Source: a virus. From it: 64,000 nucleotides of DNA. The notes below the pieces were generated by a model. It was given only the letters and a program-made list of their open reading frames with translations, was not told the DNA's origin and made no database searches. Position numbers and translations under genes: made by a program. Every line of letters begins with the position of its first letter. Position 1 is the stretch's first letter. The stretch is from IMG/VR virus record IMGVR_UViG_3300028902_000368, one strand, 5' to 3'. Positions 62,125 to 64,000 of the stretch are shown piece by piece.

Positions 62125-63450
62125 CTACTCCGAGAGGGGGACGGGGACACACGAACCGTCGCGCATCAGGACCCACATCGTGCTGGGTTCGCGCGGGGCG
62201 GACGCGCGCGCGGGCGCGCCCGCAGCGATGACCGGCACGCCTTGGACCACGGGCAGGTGCAGCTCGTAGCCAGGGGCCGTGGCGATCGCGAGCGCGTGCC
62301 CACCCACCGTCGGCCGGATGGAGACCGACCGCAGCCAGGGCATCCGGTGCGCGTGCTGCAACACCAGCGCCTTGGCGTGGCGCGCGGCGTTGTAGGAGAC
62401 ACCGCTCGTGCTCGAGCTGCTCATCCCGAGGCGGGCTCGAGCTTCGTTCAGGCGTAGGACGGCCGCCTTGTAGAGCGGGGTGCCCTTGTAGTAGTTCACC
62501 GCGCCCGCGAGGTCGCCGAGGGTCACCTGCCCGTCGCCGTTGACGTCCAGGCCCTTGTTGAGGTCGTACGACTTCGACCCCTCGGGGTAGATGACCGAGG
62601 TCATCGCGTCCCCGGTGTAGAGCGTCGAGGGGGCCGCGTTCGCCTGGTAGAGCTTGGCGGCAGAGGTCCACTCGTGCCCGTCCTTTCCCCACGGGGTCGC
62701 GTTGAAATACTGGCGCACCATCTCGAGCTGCGCCCCCACGGGCGTGTCGAGGATCTGCTGGGCGACGGGCGGCCACTCCCCGCGCTGGTCGGGTGTGAAG
62801 CGGCCGAGCATCACCAGGGCGTCGAACGTCAGCTGGTTCAGCCCGACGGCGAACGGCCACTGGACCTTCATGTCCTTGGGGTTGCGAGCGTCCGGGCGCA
62901 GGTTCGACTCCGAGCAGAGGACGAGCAGCAAGTCCTCGGGCTTGCACCGGATGTCCTTGCACACCTCGATGAGCTGCACGAAGTCCGTGTCCGCCCACGC
63001 GGGCGTGAGCAGGCGCGCCTCCTCGGGCGTGAGTTCGGACACCGCGCCGTCGTCCCCCGTGGAGGTCGCCGCTTTCACCGAGGCATCGGGCAGCCGCACG
63101 AACAGGCCGCTCTTGGTCGCCTCCCCCACGCGCTCGGGTGGGACGGAGATGAGACTCGAGGGGTAGCCGGGCTTCGGGAGCTTGCCCTGGTACATGCTCG
63201 TGGGGATGAGCACCGCGCGCCCGGCCGCCTGCTCCTGCAAGCACCAGTCGATCGCGAATGGCTTGCCGCTCTCGTGCGTGACCACGTCGACCGCGTTCGC
63301 GTACGTGAGCACGTTGGGCGCGGGCGCGTACCCGCCCGTGCGCAGGAGCTTGCCGATCTCCATCGCACGCGCCTCGCTCGTCCACGTCACGGCCACGCCG
63401 ATCATGGCGAGGGTTCCGAGACCGATTGCTACTTTCTGCCACGTACGCAT
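62125..63450 (-). CDS. Membrane-anchored lytic transglycosylase/lysozyme-like protein
   Basis: N-terminal TM helix; LCSESNLRPDARNP...AVGLNQL...YDLNKGLDVNGDGQVT. Confidence 0.75.
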   Translation of the reverse strand: MRTWQKVAIGLGTLAMIGVAVTWTSEARAMEIGKLLRTGGYAPAPNVLTYANAVDVVTHESGKPFAIDWCLQEQAAGRAVLIPTSMYQGKLPKPGYPSSLISVPPERVGEATKSGLFVRLPDASVKAATSTGDDGAVSELTPEEARLLTPAWADTDFVQLIEVCKDIRCKPEDLLLVLCSESNLRPDARNPKDMKVQWPFAVGLNQLTFDALVMLGRFTPDQRGEWPPVAQQILDTPVGAQLEMVRQYFNATPWGKDGHEWTSAAKLYQANAAPSTLYTGDAMTSVIYPEGSKSYDLNKGLDVNGDGQVTLGDLAGAVNYYKGTPLYKAAVLRLNEARARLGMSSSSTSGVSYNAARHAKALVLQHAHRMPWLRSVSIRPTVGGHALAIATAPGYELHLPVVQGVPVIAAGAPARASAPREPSTMWVLMRDGSCVPVPLSE

Positions 63451-63603
63451 GCGAACATGGTAGCCGACCACGCGCGCCACGTGCGAGCGATGCGCCGCGC
63501 GACACTCGCACGATCGAGCGCGAACGATTCGACACTTGCCGCGCGCCTCGCGTTCCGCTAGCGTGTGCCTGAACGCGCATACTACCTAACCGCCCGACCA
63601 GTA

Positions 63604-63697
63604 GCTCTGCTTTCGCAAGAAACTCTGCTTTGGTCATGGCAGAGCTTTGTCAAGCTCTGCTTTGGCTTTGCATTGCAGAGTTAGAAGCTCTGCTTTG
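63604..63697. repeat. Direct and inverted CTCTGC(TTT) repeats in a lower-GC intergenic region
   Basis: CTCTGCTTT at 63605, 63623, 63655 and 63688; inverted GCAGAG at 63639 and 63675. Confidence 0.7.
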
Positions 63698-64000
63698 AGG
63701 GTTTGGTCCGATGGAACGCTAGTTGGTAGACGTTGACTGTCGGTTTCCGACTAAGCGTCTCCCCCCCGCCATAGGGGTAATGCGGCGGCAATACAGGCAC
63801 ATCTAGGGTGGTTTGGTTCCATCCTAGAAGACTCGGCCCCCCGTGACAGGGGCCCGGTTCTACGGTGCGCAAGCGAAGCAAGCGGCGCGATGCCACGGGA
63901 TTACCCCGCGGCCTCTCACAACGCGAACAACGCGGATAGCGACTGGCCTACGTACAGGCTACATACGTCACGTCGTGTCGACCGGTTGCATATGGTGTGC

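Larger units (their letters stand above)
1..64000. mobile_element. Segment of a large bacteriophage or phage-plasmid genome, probably of a myxobacterial host
   Basis: Dense short hypothetical genes with ATGA/GTGA overlaps, about 38 tRNAs, phage-typical families (DUF5131, DUF1643, VRR-NUC, HD, Dam) and no housekeeping operons. Host assignment is inference. Confidence 0.85.

Noticed and set aside
1-64000. Alternative genetic code suggested by the large tRNA set
   Set aside because: Recognisable genes are intact under code 11 and use TAG, TGA and TAA as stops; no CTA, TCA or TTA anticodon was found.

Overview
This 64-kb window (about 70% GC) looks like a continuous segment of a large virus or phage-plasmid genome. 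It has tightly packed short genes with ATGA/GTGA overlaps, almost no housekeeping genes, and about 38 tRNA genes covering all 20 amino acids. The host is probably a myxobacterium; this is inferred from GC content, the host-like DnaB/RuvA/HNH genes and the FHA and phosphatase genes. No HK97 capsid, portal, terminase, tail or cas gene is recognisable here. The left end is a candidate virion module: membrane-anchored proteins, a transglutaminase-like Cys protein and a 189-aa all-beta protein whose domain recurs in at least four other dispersed genes. Recognisable enzymes include a ParB-like protein, Dam-like methylase, VRR-NUC, HD nucleotidase, DUF5131, DUF1643, DnaB, a frameshifted RuvA, a PTH2-like hydrolase, HNH, NUDIX, an NDT-like protein, ADP-ribosylglycohydrolase, a TrpF-like barrel, a CX5R phosphatase, a thaumatin-like lipoprotein and a lytic transglycosylase. 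The most striking items are: (1) three tRNA-like RNAs sharing a covarying insert of about 55-60 nt in the variable arm, one of them circularly permuted (37.4-37.8 kb), plus other tRNA mimics; (2) a virus-encoded ubiquitin-like conjugation set (E1, JAB, putative E2, two Ubls, one ending in an SsrA-like tail); (3) a cas-less CRISPR-like array (36-nt repeat, 37-nt spacers) eroding into a CCTG-periodic relic; (4) a recurring promoter-embedded motif. All assignments come from reading motifs by eye; no database searches were run.
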